The position numbers and the translations under genes were made by a program. A stretch of DNA of 64,000 bases, from positions 2,624,001 to 2,688,000 of the forward strand of contig CBDCOX010000002.1 in assembly GCA_965219995.1 (NCBI GenBank), read 5' to 3'. The notes under the pieces are model-generated. The model did no database searches, was not told where the DNA came from, and saw only the letters and a list, made by a program, of their open reading frames with translations. This DNA is from Candidatus Latescibacterota bacterium. GTDB taxonomy: Bacteria > Latescibacterota > UBA2968 > GCA-2709665. Position 1 is the stretch's first letter; each line of letters begins with the position of its first letter. Shown piece by piece: positions 25,448-35,715 of this stretch.

Positions 25448-28096
25448 TCACGCCGTCAGGTCGTCGCGGCCCAACTCGGCGGCCGGCGTACGGCACGCGC
25501 GCATGGCCGGATAGAGACTTGCCAGCAAGGCCGCGCCCAGAATGGCCGCCGCCTGCTGAAGGACAGGCCCCCACGGCCAGTAAACCTGTATGGTCCATCC
25601 GAAATACGCCCGGTTGATCTCGAAAACCAGGACCCCGGCCAGCAGAACGCCCCCCACAAGCCCCAGCCCCAGGCCCAGCAATCCGAATCCCATCCCCTGG
25701 CCCAGGAACACACCGAAGACCTGCCTGCGCTTTGCGCCCACCGCGCGGTACAGCGCCAGTTCGGTCACCTGCTCGCGCACGAGCACCAGCAGCATCAACA
25801 TGATCCCGCACACGGCAATCAGCAGACTCATGCCCTTCAGAATGCGTGTGACCAGAAACGTCTGGTCGAATATCCGGAACACCTCGTCTCTCAGCCGGCG
25901 ATTGCTGCGAATCCGGAGCGGCGATTCCGAAAAACGGGCTTTAAGACTCTCGATGACGGCATCCCCGTCCCAGCCTGACTGCAGAAAGAGCGCCGCGCCA
26001 TTCACCGGTCCGGGGCCGATGAATTTCTCCAGGGCAGTCAGATCCATGACGACCGCGCCGCCGCCCGTATGGTAGTCGTAGTAAACGCCCGCAACGGAAA
26101 ACCGGACCTCCCCTTCCGGCCCGGAAACCGCGATTTCGTCGCCGGTCCACTTGTTGACCCCCCTGGCCAGCGTTTCGCCGACGAGAACCGCCCCCTCCTC
26201 ACGTACCCGCCGAAACGCTTCATCCACATTCCCGTCCAGCAGCGGAAAACGCACCTCGCCCCCGGGGAGCGCCATGTCCACGCCCGCCAGTCCGATCTGA
26301 CGGTCGCCGGACCACGCCGGGAAACCGCGGAGGCGGTCCACCGCCGCCACGCCCGGATGACTCTCCAGGGCCTCGACCAGCTCATCCTCCAGGGTACCCG
26401 CGGTTCCGCGCCCCCGCCACGACGCGGGCGAGATGTATACGTCCGCCCGGATCGACGAGTTGACCCACACCTCCATGGTCCGGCGGAAACTCCCGATCAT
26501 CAGCGTGATGCCCACCAGCATGCTCACCGCAATGGCCAACGACGCCACCGCGAATGACGCGGTGCGGATCCGGACGCTCAGCCCTCTCAGGCTGTACCCC
26601 GGCCCGAATCCCCTGACACGCACCCGTCCGCAAACCTGGCGGATGGCGAACGGCGCGCACAACGGCAGCCCGATCAGGAGCGCCACGCAGAGTACGAACC
26701 CCGCGTGCTTCCATTCCCTCCCCCATCCCGCGTACCAGAGGCCCGAAACCGCCAGAATGCCCGTGCCTGCCGCAAAAAGACGGACCACCTGCGATTCCGT
26801 CCGCTCCTGAAGCGGAACCGCCGAAAGCAAGGCGCGGGGTTCCCGCCGGCTCATATCCAGCGCCGGGGCCAGGGCGCCCGCCAGGGCGCCGCCCATCCCG
26901 ATCGCCGCACCCAACCCGTACAGCCAGCGAGGCAACGCCAGGGATGAAATCTCCTCCAGCAGGTACAGATTCGTGAGCGTGGCGCTCACCACCTCGATGT
27001 TCGCATCGGCGGCCCAGTACCCCAGCGGCAGCCCAAGCAACACCCCCAGCGCCCCCAGGAGCGCTACCTCCCCGAGGATCAGCGCGAGCACCTGAGCCCG
27101 CGTGGCGCCAAGAGATCGCAGCAGCCCGAATTCCGTCCGCCGCCGTATCAACCCCGCCTGCGTGCTGCTGTAGACGAGGAACAGCCCCACGAACAGGCTG
27201 ATGAGGCTCATCGCGGACAGGTTCAGCCGAAACGCCGAAAGCAACCCTTCCGCCTGCTCCGAACGCTGCCCGGGCGTAACAACACGCATCCCCGGGCCGA
27301 GCCGGTCCTGCAATCGTCTCCGGACACCCTTTGCGTCCGCGCCGCGAGCCGTACGCACGTCGATCTGATGGAGTTCGCCCCGCCGCCCCAGCAGCGCCTG
27401 CGCCTGCGCGATATCCATCACCACCAGCTTCCGGCTGGCCAACGGGCTCAACTCCTGGAAGTCCACCATCGCACCAACGCGCAGCCGCACCCGTCGAACC
27501 CCGCTGTAGACTTCGAACGTATCGCCCACGGACCAGCCGAACCGCGCGGCAAGGTCCGGCGTTACCGCGCTCCATCCGTCTCCCGCGAGCGCTGCAGAAA
27601 GGCTGTCCGGGTCGCCGCGCCACGGGATTCGCATGGGCGTAAAGAAGTCGACTCCCAACACCTCCAGATAGAACCTGTCCCGGTCCGCCAGCGCCACGTC
27701 CGCCCGATAGAGCGGCCAGGCCGCCGCCACCCCCTCCACGGACAGCACCTCTGCGTACAGTTGCTCCGAAAACGCCGGCGTTCTTCCGAAAACGCTTATT
27801 TCGGCCTCGCCGCTTACGGCCCGTACCGTCCCCTCGAATGCGGCCAGTGCGTTGTAATTCACAATCTGAATGGAAAGCACCGACGCAACGCCCAGCGCCA
27901 CGCCGAAAACCGTCAGCAGGGTAAGGCTGCCTCCCGAGCGAAGTTGCGCGCCCAGCGAATTTGCAAAGTATCGGACCAAAGGACCTGTCCTGATCTTCAG
28001 AAGAAGCACTGCCGCCGGGAACGCGGCCTCCGGCGGGTCACGCGGAGGGGCGGGGCGGGAGACCCATTCTGCCGCTGTGCAGTTCCAAGACCTCAT
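25448..28096 (-). CDS. FtsX/MacB-type ABC permease (AttF/G-like, duplicated FtsX domains); true start probably about 100 bp downstream of 28096
   Basis: GVALGVASVLSI, VMDIAQAQALL, RRRTEFGLLRSLGA, FDQTFLVT and INRAYFGWTI. Confidence 0.88.
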   Translation of the reverse strand: MRSWNCTAAEWVSRPAPPRDPPEAAFPAAVLLLKIRTGPLVRYFANSLGAQLRSGGSLTLLTVFGVALGVASVLSIQIVNYNALAAFEGTVRAVSGEAEISVFGRTPAFSEQLYAEVLSVEGVAAAWPLYRADVALADRDRFYLEVLGVDFFTPMRIPWRGDPDSLSAALAGDGWSAVTPDLAARFGWSVGDTFEVYSGVRRVRLRVGAMVDFQELSPLASRKLVVMDIAQAQALLGRRGELHQIDVRTARGADAKGVRRRLQDRLGPGMRVVTPGQRSEQAEGLLSAFRLNLSAMSLISLFVGLFLVYSSTQAGLIRRRTEFGLLRSLGATRAQVLALILGEVALLGALGVLLGLPLGYWAADANIEVVSATLTNLYLLEEISSLALPRWLYGLGAAIGMGGALAGALAPALDMSRREPRALLSAVPLQERTESQVVRLFAAGTGILAVSGLWYAGWGREWKHAGFVLCVALLIGLPLCAPFAIRQVCGRVRVRGFGPGYSLRGLSVRIRTASFAVASLAIAVSMLVGITLMIGSFRRTMEVWVNSSIRADVYISPASWRGRGTAGTLEDELVEALESHPGVAAVDRLRGFPAWSGDRQIGLAGVDMALPGGEVRFPLLDGNVDEAFRRVREEGAVLVGETLARGVNKWTGDEIAVSGPEGEVRFSVAGVYYDYHTGGGAVVMDLTALEKFIGPGPVNGAALFLQSGWDGDAVIESLKARFSESPLRIRSNRRLRDEVFRIFDQTFLVTRILKGMSLLIAVCGIMLMLLVLVREQVTELALYRAVGAKRRQVFGVFLGQGMGFGLLGLGLGLVGGVLLAGVLVFEINRAYFGWTIQVYWPWGPVLQQAAAILGAALLASLYPAMRACRTPAAELGRDDLTA

Positions 28097-28748
28097 CGGC
28101 CAGCGAGGCGAATTCCCGGCTGTGGGTCACGTAGACCAGCGTCGCGCCCTCATTCTCAACAAGGTCCATCATCAGGTTCATCACCCGCCGCCCGTTTTCG
28201 TCGTCCAGATTGCCGGTCGGTTCATCCGCCAGCAACAAACCGGGCCGGCGCAATAACGCCCGGCAGATGGCCACCCGCTGCTGTTCGCCGCCGGACAGCT
28301 TCTGCACCGGGTCCTGCGCCCGGTCCGCCAGTTCCACGCGCTCCAGAAGCTCCCGGACCCGCGGACGGTACGTTCGCGGCTTCTCACCTGCGATCATCGC
28401 GGGCAACGCGACGTTCTCGGCAACGGGCAGGTGCGGCATCAGATAGAAGAACTGGAAGATGAGGCCCACCTCGTCCCGTCTCACCATCGTTCGCGATTCT
28501 TCAGACAACGCGCTCAGGTCCCGTTGCCGCACCCGCACCACCCCTTCGGTGGGAACGTCAATTCCCGCCGCAAGGTGCAGCAGGGTGGATTTCCCGCTGC
28601 CGCTGCGCCCCACCACGGCCACCCTTCGGCCGGGCTCGACGTCGAAGGACACGTCGCGCAGCGCGTAACGCAGCCCGCTTCCCGCGTCGTACGCCCTGGA
28701 AACGCTTTCGAACGAGAGCGCGGGCGCCGTGTCAATTCGATCGTTCAT
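28038..28748 (-). CDS. ABC transporter ATP-binding protein (LolD/AttE-like)
   Basis: GRSGSGKST, LSGGEQQRVAI, LADEPTGNLD and VTH. Confidence 0.92.
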   Translation of the reverse strand: MNDRIDTAPALSFESVSRAYDAGSGLRYALRDVSFDVEPGRRVAVVGRSGSGKSTLLHLAAGIDVPTEGVVRVRQRDLSALSEESRTMVRRDEVGLIFQFFYLMPHLPVAENVALPAMIAGEKPRTYRPRVRELLERVELADRAQDPVQKLSGGEQQRVAICRALLRRPGLLLADEPTGNLDDENGRRVMNLMMDLVENEGATLVYVTHSREFASLADEVLELHSGRMGLPPRPSA

Positions 28749-28894
28749 AAGGGGCCATACCGTGGAGACCGGACGGAACCGTGCCGAGGGTCCGGCTGGT
28801 ATTCGCCGTTGGATTGGGGTTGCGATCGGGGGGGTTTTCCCGTATGCTGTCTCAATATCGACCGCGATACATGTCAACTTCAGGAGGCGTCCGG

Positions 28895-29953
28895 GTGTTT
28901 TCTATCTTCAGGAAAAAACACACCCTTACAGGCCTTGCGAGGACCTGCGGCTGAGCGGCCAAAGTCAGTCCGGTCGGACTGAAGCAACTTCTGGACCGCC
29001 TGCCTCAAAACGTCGATCCGAACCTGTTGGTGGGATTTCATACCAGCGACGACGCCGGTGTCTACCGGATAGACGATGAGACGGCGCTCGTGCTCACGGC
29101 GGACTTTATCACGCCGCCGGTGGACGATCCGTACCTGTTCGGTCAGATCGGCGCGGCCAACGCCCTCAGCGACGTCTACGCGATGGGCGGGCGGCCCGTT
29201 GCGTGCCTGAACCTGATCGGATTTCCATCCCGGAACCTGGGGCCGGAGGTCCTGGAGGGCATCGTCGAGGGGGCGCTCAACAAAATCACGGAAGCCGGAG
29301 CCGTGCTGGCGGGCGGGCACACCACGGACGACGACGAACCCAAATTCGGCCTTTCAGTGACCGGGGTCGTGCGCCCCGATAAATACTGGCACAACGCCGG
29401 CGCCCGTCCGGGAGACCTGCTCATCCTGACCAAACCCGTTGGCAGCGGCGTTCTCTTCAATGCAAATCTAAAAGGATGGGTATCGGACGCGGCGATGCGG
29501 GAATGCCTGGACACCGCTGCCGCGCTCAACAGAACCGCGGCTGAGGTCATGGCCGGGTTCGATATTCACGCGGCCACCGACGTCACCGGCTTCGGACTGG
29601 CCGGCCACGCCCTGGAAATCGCCAGGGGTTCGGGCCGCACCCTGGAGATCTCAACCGCCGACGTCCCCGTGATGCCGGAGGCGCTCGAGATGTACGAGAA
29701 AGGCGTGGGCACGGGCGCCAACGCCGCCAACCGGGAACTCATCCGTGACGCGGTACGTTTTGACGCGGCCGAGGCTGAACGTCGCAAAGAGATATTCGTC
29801 GATCCCCAGACCAGCGGAGGTCTGCTGGTCTCGGTTCCCGCCGATCAGGCCCGGGGCCTCCTGTCCGCATTGAACGACGCGGGGGAAACCGGCGCCCGCG
29901 TCATCGGGTCCGTCAGACCCCTGGAGGGCGCCGCGCAGATCGTCTTTGCCTGA
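28895..29953 (+). CDS. selD: Selenide, water dikinase SelD, selenocysteine-containing form
   Basis: RBS AGGAGG then GTG 28895 (alternative in-frame ATG 28871). Reads LTGLARTCG-UGA(28952-28954)-AAKVSP and continues in frame into SDDAGVY, TADFITP, AANALSDVYAMGG, TDVTGFGL and DPQTSGGLL. Confidence 0.93.
28965..28982 (+). promoter_or_regulatory. Bacterial SECIS-like hairpin
   Basis: TCAGTCC-GGTC-GGACTGA: a 7-bp stem with a G-containing loop, starting 11 nt after the in-frame UGA. Confidence 0.75.
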
Positions 29954-30000
29954 TGGCCGATTCGGAAGACTGAACGAAGCGACCCGCCCCCGAAAGTCGC

Positions 30001-31020
30001 CTATCGCCCGACCGCGCTTTCCGCCACCCTCAGCCCGGAGCATTTCGCCAAGACCAGTTCTCCCACCCTGCCCACCGCCTGCTTCACCCCCCAGGTAGGC
30101 CGCGGCTGCCCGATCGGGGACAATTTAACCAGCACACGGTTACCGGGACGCGCCAGAACCAGAACGCCAAAGTGCTGGGAGAACGCGCCCTCCTTCACCA
30201 TCGTCTCCACCAGACAGTCCCCGTTCCGGTCGGTGTACACGGACACCAGCTTGATCACCACGGTTACGCCGTGGTGGTCCGTCTGCCACGAACAGGGCTG
30301 AAAACCCGCCGGCAATCGGGCACGGTCGTACATTCCTTCCAGCAACATATTCGGCATGGTTCCGACCTTTTCAACGGGCCTCGGGAGGGTCGCGCAAGCG
30401 TCTCGCCGCCAGACGAAATAACGGACGGGCACGCCGGCATCCAGGGCCTTCCGTTCGTATTTGGTAGGCTTCCTTCCGCGCAGCCCCGGCACCGATGCGG
30501 ACGGGAAGACGGATCGCAGAAGCGGCTGAGCTTCCAGTACCTCTGAAATCCACGACGCGTATTCCCCATGGTCCGTCGCCACGGTCACCTCGGCGCCCGG
30601 AGACAGACGTTCCGCCAGCGCCCTGACGAATGCCGGCTGAATGAGGCGCCTGCCGTGATGCCGCTCCTTCGGCCAGGGATCCGGAAAGTTGATATAGGCC
30701 TCTGCGACACTATCCACCGGGAAGAGGCGTTCGAACGCAAAATCCGCCCCGCCGTGAACCACCCGCACGTTCTCCGGACCCTCCCGGTCCAATCGCCGGA
30801 ACAGCCTCTGAACGGACACCCATGACCGCTCGATGCCAACGAAATCCATCTCCGGATACGCAAGGGCCCGATCGACCAGAAACTCGCCGGTTCCGAAGCC
30901 GATCTCCACGACAAGCGGTCCCGAACGTCCGAAAACAGCCTCCCAATCCGTCGGCCAGTCCGCCCGGGTCCAGGAGACCATGTAATTCAGAATGGCTTCG
31001 CTAAGCGGCCTGGCAGCCAT
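30001..31020 (-). CDS. trmB: tRNA (guanine-N7)-methyltransferase with C-terminal extension
   Basis: VEIGFGTGEFL, INFPDPWPKERHHGRRL, ATDHGEY and TKYERK. Confidence 0.9.
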   Translation of the reverse strand: MAARPLSEAILNYMVSWTRADWPTDWEAVFGRSGPLVVEIGFGTGEFLVDRALAYPEMDFVGIERSWVSVQRLFRRLDREGPENVRVVHGGADFAFERLFPVDSVAEAYINFPDPWPKERHHGRRLIQPAFVRALAERLSPGAEVTVATDHGEYASWISEVLEAQPLLRSVFPSASVPGLRGRKPTKYERKALDAGVPVRYFVWRRDACATLPRPVEKVGTMPNMLLEGMYDRARLPAGFQPCSWQTDHHGVTVVIKLVSVYTDRNGDCLVETMVKEGAFSQHFGVLVLARPGNRVLVKLSPIGQPRPTWGVKQAVGRVGELVLAKCSGLRVAESAVGR

Positions 31021-31235
31021 AACACCGCTCCATGTGGGAGAATGCCTTTCTCGCAATCATTGTTGAATGTAGGGGATATGTGAACCCGAATCAAGGGGCG
31101 CGTTCTCCCGATGCCGACGCCGCGGAAAACCGTTGACAACGACCCTGGCGGGCCTCATGTTTTGTTCCGTTCGCGTGTTCTGGTTTGAAGATAAATAAAA
31201 TCAATTAGATAGGATTTTCCACAGGAGGCATTGCA

Positions 31236-31874
31236 ATGAACGTGTTGGTCCTTTCGGGAGCGAATCACGGGTTCGATCAGAGCGCCGGGTTGATCCGGGG
31301 CTTTCTGGATGCCCAGGCCGATATATCGGTGGACTTGAGCACGGACAAGGACCTGCTGGCGGGCGGGATGGACCCGTACGACGTTTGCGTGTTCGGAACG
31401 GGATTCACCCGCACGGGTAAACGGGAGGACGGTTCGATCGCGCGCGAACCGGACCTGACCTCCGCCCAGGAGGACGGTCTCTTCGAGTTCGTTTCGGGCG
31501 GCAAAGGCCTGGTTGGGATTCACGGATCGGGATGGTGGATCGGCGGTCGGGCGGCGGATCTGCTGGGCGGGCATGCCAATTGGCACCCGCCGGGGTTGAC
31601 ATTCACCGTCCGGGTGGAAGATGAGGCCCACCCTGCTATGGAAGGTATCCGGGATTTCGAGGTGGACGATGAAATCTACATATCGGCATATGAACCCCGG
31701 CTGCAGATCCTCGCGTCCGCCCAGTGGCACGGCGGCACGTTTCCGGTTGTCTGGGTGAAAACCTACGGATCGGGGCGCGTCTTCTACACGGCGCTCGGCC
31801 ACGGCCCGGGGACGTTCGCGAGGCCCCCGGTTCAGGCGATGCTCTGCCAGGGCGTGCGCTGGGCGGCAGGCTGA
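31236..31874 (+). CDS. ThuA-like (class I glutamine amidotransferase fold) protein
   Basis: GGKGLVGIH, DEIY and GRVFYTALGH. Confidence 0.85.
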   Translation: MNVLVLSGANHGFDQSAGLIRGFLDAQADISVDLSTDKDLLAGGMDPYDVCVFGTGFTRTGKREDGSIAREPDLTSAQEDGLFEFVSGGKGLVGIHGSGWWIGGRAADLLGGHANWHPPGLTFTVRVEDEAHPAMEGIRDFEVDDEIYISAYEPRLQILASAQWHGGTFPVVWVKTYGSGRVFYTALGHGPGTFARPPVQAMLCQGVRWAAG

Positions 31875-31981
31875 ACGTCACGGGCTGAATGACGCGCTTC
31901 GGGCGGCCTGGAATGTCGTCAGGGACGGGTCCGATTGCATGGGGATACTCAAGCCAGGGTTGGCAGGGAAGGAGGATTGAG

Positions 31982-32767
31982 ATGCTGGAGTTGAATCTGT
32001 CGGGCAGGGTCGCACTGGTAACGGGGGGCAGCGAGGGCATTGGAAAGGGCATCGCCCGCAAGTTGGCCCAGGAGGGGTGCAGGGTTGCCGTGTGCGCGCG
32101 GCGTCGGGACGTTCTCGCCGACGCGGCACGGGCCATCAGGTCGGAAAGCGGCGCCGAGGTGCTTGCGGTGCCGGCAAACGTGACGCAAGCCGCGGACCTG
32201 GAGCGGTTGGTGAACGCGGCGGTTTCCGAGTTCGGCGGTATCGATATTCTCGTGAACAACGCGGGTCGTTCGGAAGGCCATCACTTCGAGGATGCGGCAG
32301 AGTCAGTCTGGCTGTCGGACTTCGATCTGAAATTCTGGGCAGCGGTACGCAGCTCGAAGCTGGCTGTTCCGCATATGAAGGCCCGCGGCGGGGGCAGCAT
32401 CGTAAATATCACGCATCCGGGAGGCAAGGCGCCCGGACCGGGCTCCGTGCCCACTTCGGTGAGCAGGGCTGCCGGTATCGCCTTGACCAAAGCCATGTCC
32501 AAGGATCTGGCGCAACATCAGATCCGCGTGAACACGGTATGCCTGACGAACATCCGGTCCGCTCAGGCGCAGCGGGCGTGGACGGCGTCCGGCAGCGACC
32601 TGGGTTTCGATGCCTGGTGCGAGGAACTCGGAAAGGACGTCCCCCTGGGCCGGATGGGCGAGCCCGGCGAGGTGGCCGATCTGGTCGCGTTTCTGGTGTC
32701 CGACCGGGGCGCCTTCATTACCGGCGCGGCGATCAATGTCGACGGTGGATCGGGAGAAACGGTCTAG
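31982..32767 (+). CDS. SDR-family oxidoreductase
   Basis: RBS AAGGAGG; TGGSEGIG, DILVNNAG and ITGAAINVDGG. Confidence 0.9.
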   Translation: MLELNLSGRVALVTGGSEGIGKGIARKLAQEGCRVAVCARRRDVLADAARAIRSESGAEVLAVPANVTQAADLERLVNAAVSEFGGIDILVNNAGRSEGHHFEDAAESVWLSDFDLKFWAAVRSSKLAVPHMKARGGGSIVNITHPGGKAPGPGSVPTSVSRAAGIALTKAMSKDLAQHQIRVNTVCLTNIRSAQAQRAWTASGSDLGFDAWCEELGKDVPLGRMGEPGEVADLVAFLVSDRGAFITGAAINVDGGSGETV

Positions 32768-32772
32768 ACGGA

Positions 32773-33546
32773 CTATATGGACAACTGGTGCGCCCGCGTA
32801 AAGCAGCGACGCCGGACGACGTGCACGACGATCACGGAACCGATGGCGGTGGCGGCGACGATCATCAGCATCACGATAATCTGATACTTGATCGCGGTCA
32901 TCGGATCCGAGCCGGCCAGAATCTGTCCGGTCATCATCCCGGGAAGGGAGACGAGGCCGACGGTCATCAGGGCGTTGATGGATGGGATCATGCCGGCTTT
33001 CACCACGTCGCGCAGGATGGCGGTCGTGGCTTCCTGGTAGGTGGCGCCGAGGCAGAGGGCGAGTTCGATCCGGGCTCTTTGTTTCCGCAGATCGGAGAAG
33101 AGGCGTTCCAGCGCAATCGTGACCGCGTTCATCGAATTGCCGATGATCATGCCGCCCAGGGGAATGAAGTACTGCGGCGTGTACCAGGGTTTGACCTGCA
33201 CGATCGCGGCGGTGACCAGGATGGATACGGTGGTATAGCTGGCGACCATGGAAATGAAGGTGGGCACGAAGTAGGCCACCTCCTTTTCCTTCACCCGGCC
33301 GCGGATGGCGTGCGCGGCCCAGAAGACCATCCATACGAAGAGGATGAGAATCAGGTACGGGTTGTTGATCTGAAAGATGTACTTGAGGACGTAGCCGACC
33401 AGGAAGAGTTGCGCGAAGGTGCGCACCGTGCCCCACGCGAGGTCCTTTTCCAGGTTCAGCCGGAAGATGACAGAGCCCGTGCCCGCAATCAGGACGAATA
33501 CGAGACACAGCAGCAGTTGCATCGGGGAGATCTCGATCAGGTTCAT
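32773..33546 (-). CDS. fetB: FetB/YbbM (UPF0014) ABC permease
   Basis: RTFAQL, IPLGGMIIGNSMN, GLVSLPGMMTGQILAG and AIKYQI. Confidence 0.85.
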   Translation of the reverse strand: MNLIEISPMQLLLCLVFVLIAGTGSVIFRLNLEKDLAWGTVRTFAQLFLVGYVLKYIFQINNPYLILILFVWMVFWAAHAIRGRVKEKEVAYFVPTFISMVASYTTVSILVTAAIVQVKPWYTPQYFIPLGGMIIGNSMNAVTIALERLFSDLRKQRARIELALCLGATYQEATTAILRDVVKAGMIPSINALMTVGLVSLPGMMTGQILAGSDPMTAIKYQIIVMLMIVAATAIGSVIVVHVVRRRCFTRAHQLSI

Positions 33547-34205
33547 CCGCAGACCTCCTGCAGACCGCCGTCGAGCCGGTAACGCCGCGCCCGGATCCGC
33601 CCCGGCCTGAAGTCCAGATGCGTGACCTTCACGATGCCGATATTCTGCTCCAGCGCGAGGCGTTCCAGCCAGGTTTCGACCACCGATTTGGACTCGGGGT
33701 CGAGGGCGGACGTGGGTTCGTCACAAAGGAGAAACCGGGGTTCGGACAACAGGGTCCGGATCAGGGCGATACGTTGCTTCTGGCCCACGGAGAGGGTTTC
33801 CGCGTCGTCGTCGAGGTCCACGTCCTGAAGCAGAAAATCGTCCAGAAGGGTTCGGAGTCTGTTTTCGTCCGGCAATCGCTTTTCGCGGGCGGCCCTGAAC
33901 GTGAACGACAGGGTCAGGTTGGAACGCACGGCGCCGACGGCCATTTCGGGTGTCTGCTGCACGTAACCGACCGTTCGCCGCAATTCGGTGACGTTGTGCC
34001 GCCTCACGGAGAGGCCATCCAGCAGGATCTCGCCCGAGGCCGGTTCCTGCAGCCGGCCGGGCAGTCTGAGGAAGCTGGATTTCCCGCTTCCCGAAGGTCC
34101 GTGGATGAGAACGAAATCCCCGCTGTCGACGGTGAGGTTTACCCCTTCGAACAGCGGCTTTTTTGTGCCGTACCGGAGCGAAAGGTTTTTGATCTCGAGG
34201 CGCAT
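33543..34205 (-). CDS. FetA/YbbL-like ABC ATP-binding protein
   Basis: GPSGSGKS, LSVGQKQR and DEPTSALD; overlaps fetB. Confidence 0.85.
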   Translation of the reverse strand: MRLEIKNLSLRYGTKKPLFEGVNLTVDSGDFVLIHGPSGSGKSSFLRLPGRLQEPASGEILLDGLSVRRHNVTELRRTVGYVQQTPEMAVGAVRSNLTLSFTFRAAREKRLPDENRLRTLLDDFLLQDVDLDDDAETLSVGQKQRIALIRTLLSEPRFLLCDEPTSALDPESKSVVETWLERLALEQNIGIVKVTHLDFRPGRIRARRYRLDGGLQEVCG

Positions 34206-34228
34206 GGCTGCCTGAAACTCGTGAGCGG

Positions 34229-35614
34229 TTACACGTTTCCGAAGACGTCGAGCACGTCGATGATGCTCAGGCCGGTGTGGTAGCCCGGATCCGCATCGGC
34301 GGTGGCCGGAATGACCGGCACCACCCGCCCGGACTCGTCGCGGGTCTGGTACGCCATCAGATGAAGGTCCGGGCGCACGAAGTGCCTCGTGAAGGCGTTG
34401 TGGCAGGCGCTGAATATGCCGAGGGCGTTCTTCCGCTGCACCCCGGTTCGGGCGATCGAAGAGCAATACGCGGCGGCGCGCAGCGTCTCGGGCAGGTTCC
34501 ACCAGGGCATGTCGGTATTTGCCGGCGTGCGGGAGACAAGGTCGAACATCTTGCAGATGCCGCCGGGACCGGGCTGGAACCCCCCGGCAAAGGTATGCGA
34601 CAACAGGGCGGGCATATGGGTTTCGACGCCCTCGATTTCCTCGCTCCGGTCAGCGTCCGCCAGGCCGTTCTTTCTGACGGCCGAGGTGAATTTCAGCGTC
34701 AGGCCGATGAATTCGAGGACGTGTCCCGGATCGGAGAGGATCTTTCCGTCCTCGTCGCAGGGCGCACCGTCGTCGTCCACGGCCTCCCAGAAGTCGTACT
34801 CCCGTAGACCCGGTACCCGCCCGTTCAGATTGACATAGGTCTGCATTTCGTGACGGATGAGGCGGAGGCCCATCTCCACGCTGCCGGGTATACGGTGTTC
34901 GGCCAGCAGCGCGGCGGCGCCGATCTGAATCATAAACGGGCCGTGAGGGTGGCGCCCCGGCCGGGGTCCGGCGGGATTCTTGGGATCCAGCGAAATCTGG
35001 TCGGTGGTAAAACGACCCTCGTGAATGGCGGCGTCCACGCGGCGGCAGTATTCCATGGCTTCCGTTTCGGCCTCCCGCAACCCGAGGTATCTCGCCGCGG
35101 CGACCATGCCCTTGGCGCTGAAGAGGTCGCTGAACCCGTAGTGCGATGCCTCCGAGAGCTTCAGCGTCCGGATCCCGCCTTCCTCGTCCAGCGCAAACGG
35201 ATTCCCCGGCGGCGTCATGAAAAAGGATAGGTGACCGGCATTCCGGGCGCGAATATCGAGCAGCGCCGCGAGCACATCGGCAGCGATGCGTTCCAGACGC
35301 CGCCGGAGTTCCGGTTTCAGGTTGTGGCGGCGCATCCAGCGGCAGTGCCCGGCCAGAGATTCCAGCCCGCGCCCCTGAATCCATCCGGAGACCGCGTTCG
35401 GACCCTTCAGAGGATCGTCAGCATCGAAGTCCTCACCGGTAATGAGGTCCAGTTTGGTATCGATAAAGGGGTACCCGGGGGTGCGTTCGCAGCGGTCCGC
35501 GATGGCGGCCATCACGGCAAGCAGCATGGCCCGGTAGTCCGGCAGGACCGACTTGACGTCGGCGGCGGCAGGGCATTCCGGCAGGAGAATTCCCCGGTAC
35601 ACGTCTTCCGGCAT
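34229..35614 (-). CDS. AGE-family (N-acylglucosamine 2-epimerase-like) protein
   Basis: WIQGR, FSDLF, DPGHVLE, WWNLPETL and GYHT resemble the AGE/cellobiose epimerase (alpha/alpha)6 barrel. Confidence 0.65.
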   Translation of the reverse strand: MPEDVYRGILLPECPAAADVKSVLPDYRAMLLAVMAAIADRCERTPGYPFIDTKLDLITGEDFDADDPLKGPNAVSGWIQGRGLESLAGHCRWMRRHNLKPELRRRLERIAADVLAALLDIRARNAGHLSFFMTPPGNPFALDEEGGIRTLKLSEASHYGFSDLFSAKGMVAAARYLGLREAETEAMEYCRRVDAAIHEGRFTTDQISLDPKNPAGPRPGRHPHGPFMIQIGAAALLAEHRIPGSVEMGLRLIRHEMQTYVNLNGRVPGLREYDFWEAVDDDGAPCDEDGKILSDPGHVLEFIGLTLKFTSAVRKNGLADADRSEEIEGVETHMPALLSHTFAGGFQPGPGGICKMFDLVSRTPANTDMPWWNLPETLRAAAYCSSIARTGVQRKNALGIFSACHNAFTRHFVRPDLHLMAYQTRDESGRVVPVIPATADADPGYHTGLSIIDVLDVFGNV

Positions 35615-35715
35615 GTTGGCGGCTCCAGGGACCCGCTTGTATTGCTTTCCGGCACGAGACGCGTTGCGAGACCGGATACGTGGCGCGGGCTTCGAGCGTG
35701 GACCGCGGATTCGCG

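Noticed and set aside
28952-28954. selD as a pseudogene
   Set aside because: The stop is UGA at exactly the catalytic Cys/Sec position and has a SECIS-like hairpin downstream.
32077-33582. 501-aa plus-strand ORF, and similar long ORFs at 38605, 45693, 53857 and 57488
   Set aside because: Shadow or alternative frames over well-supported genes, as expected in high-GC DNA; no recognisable motifs.
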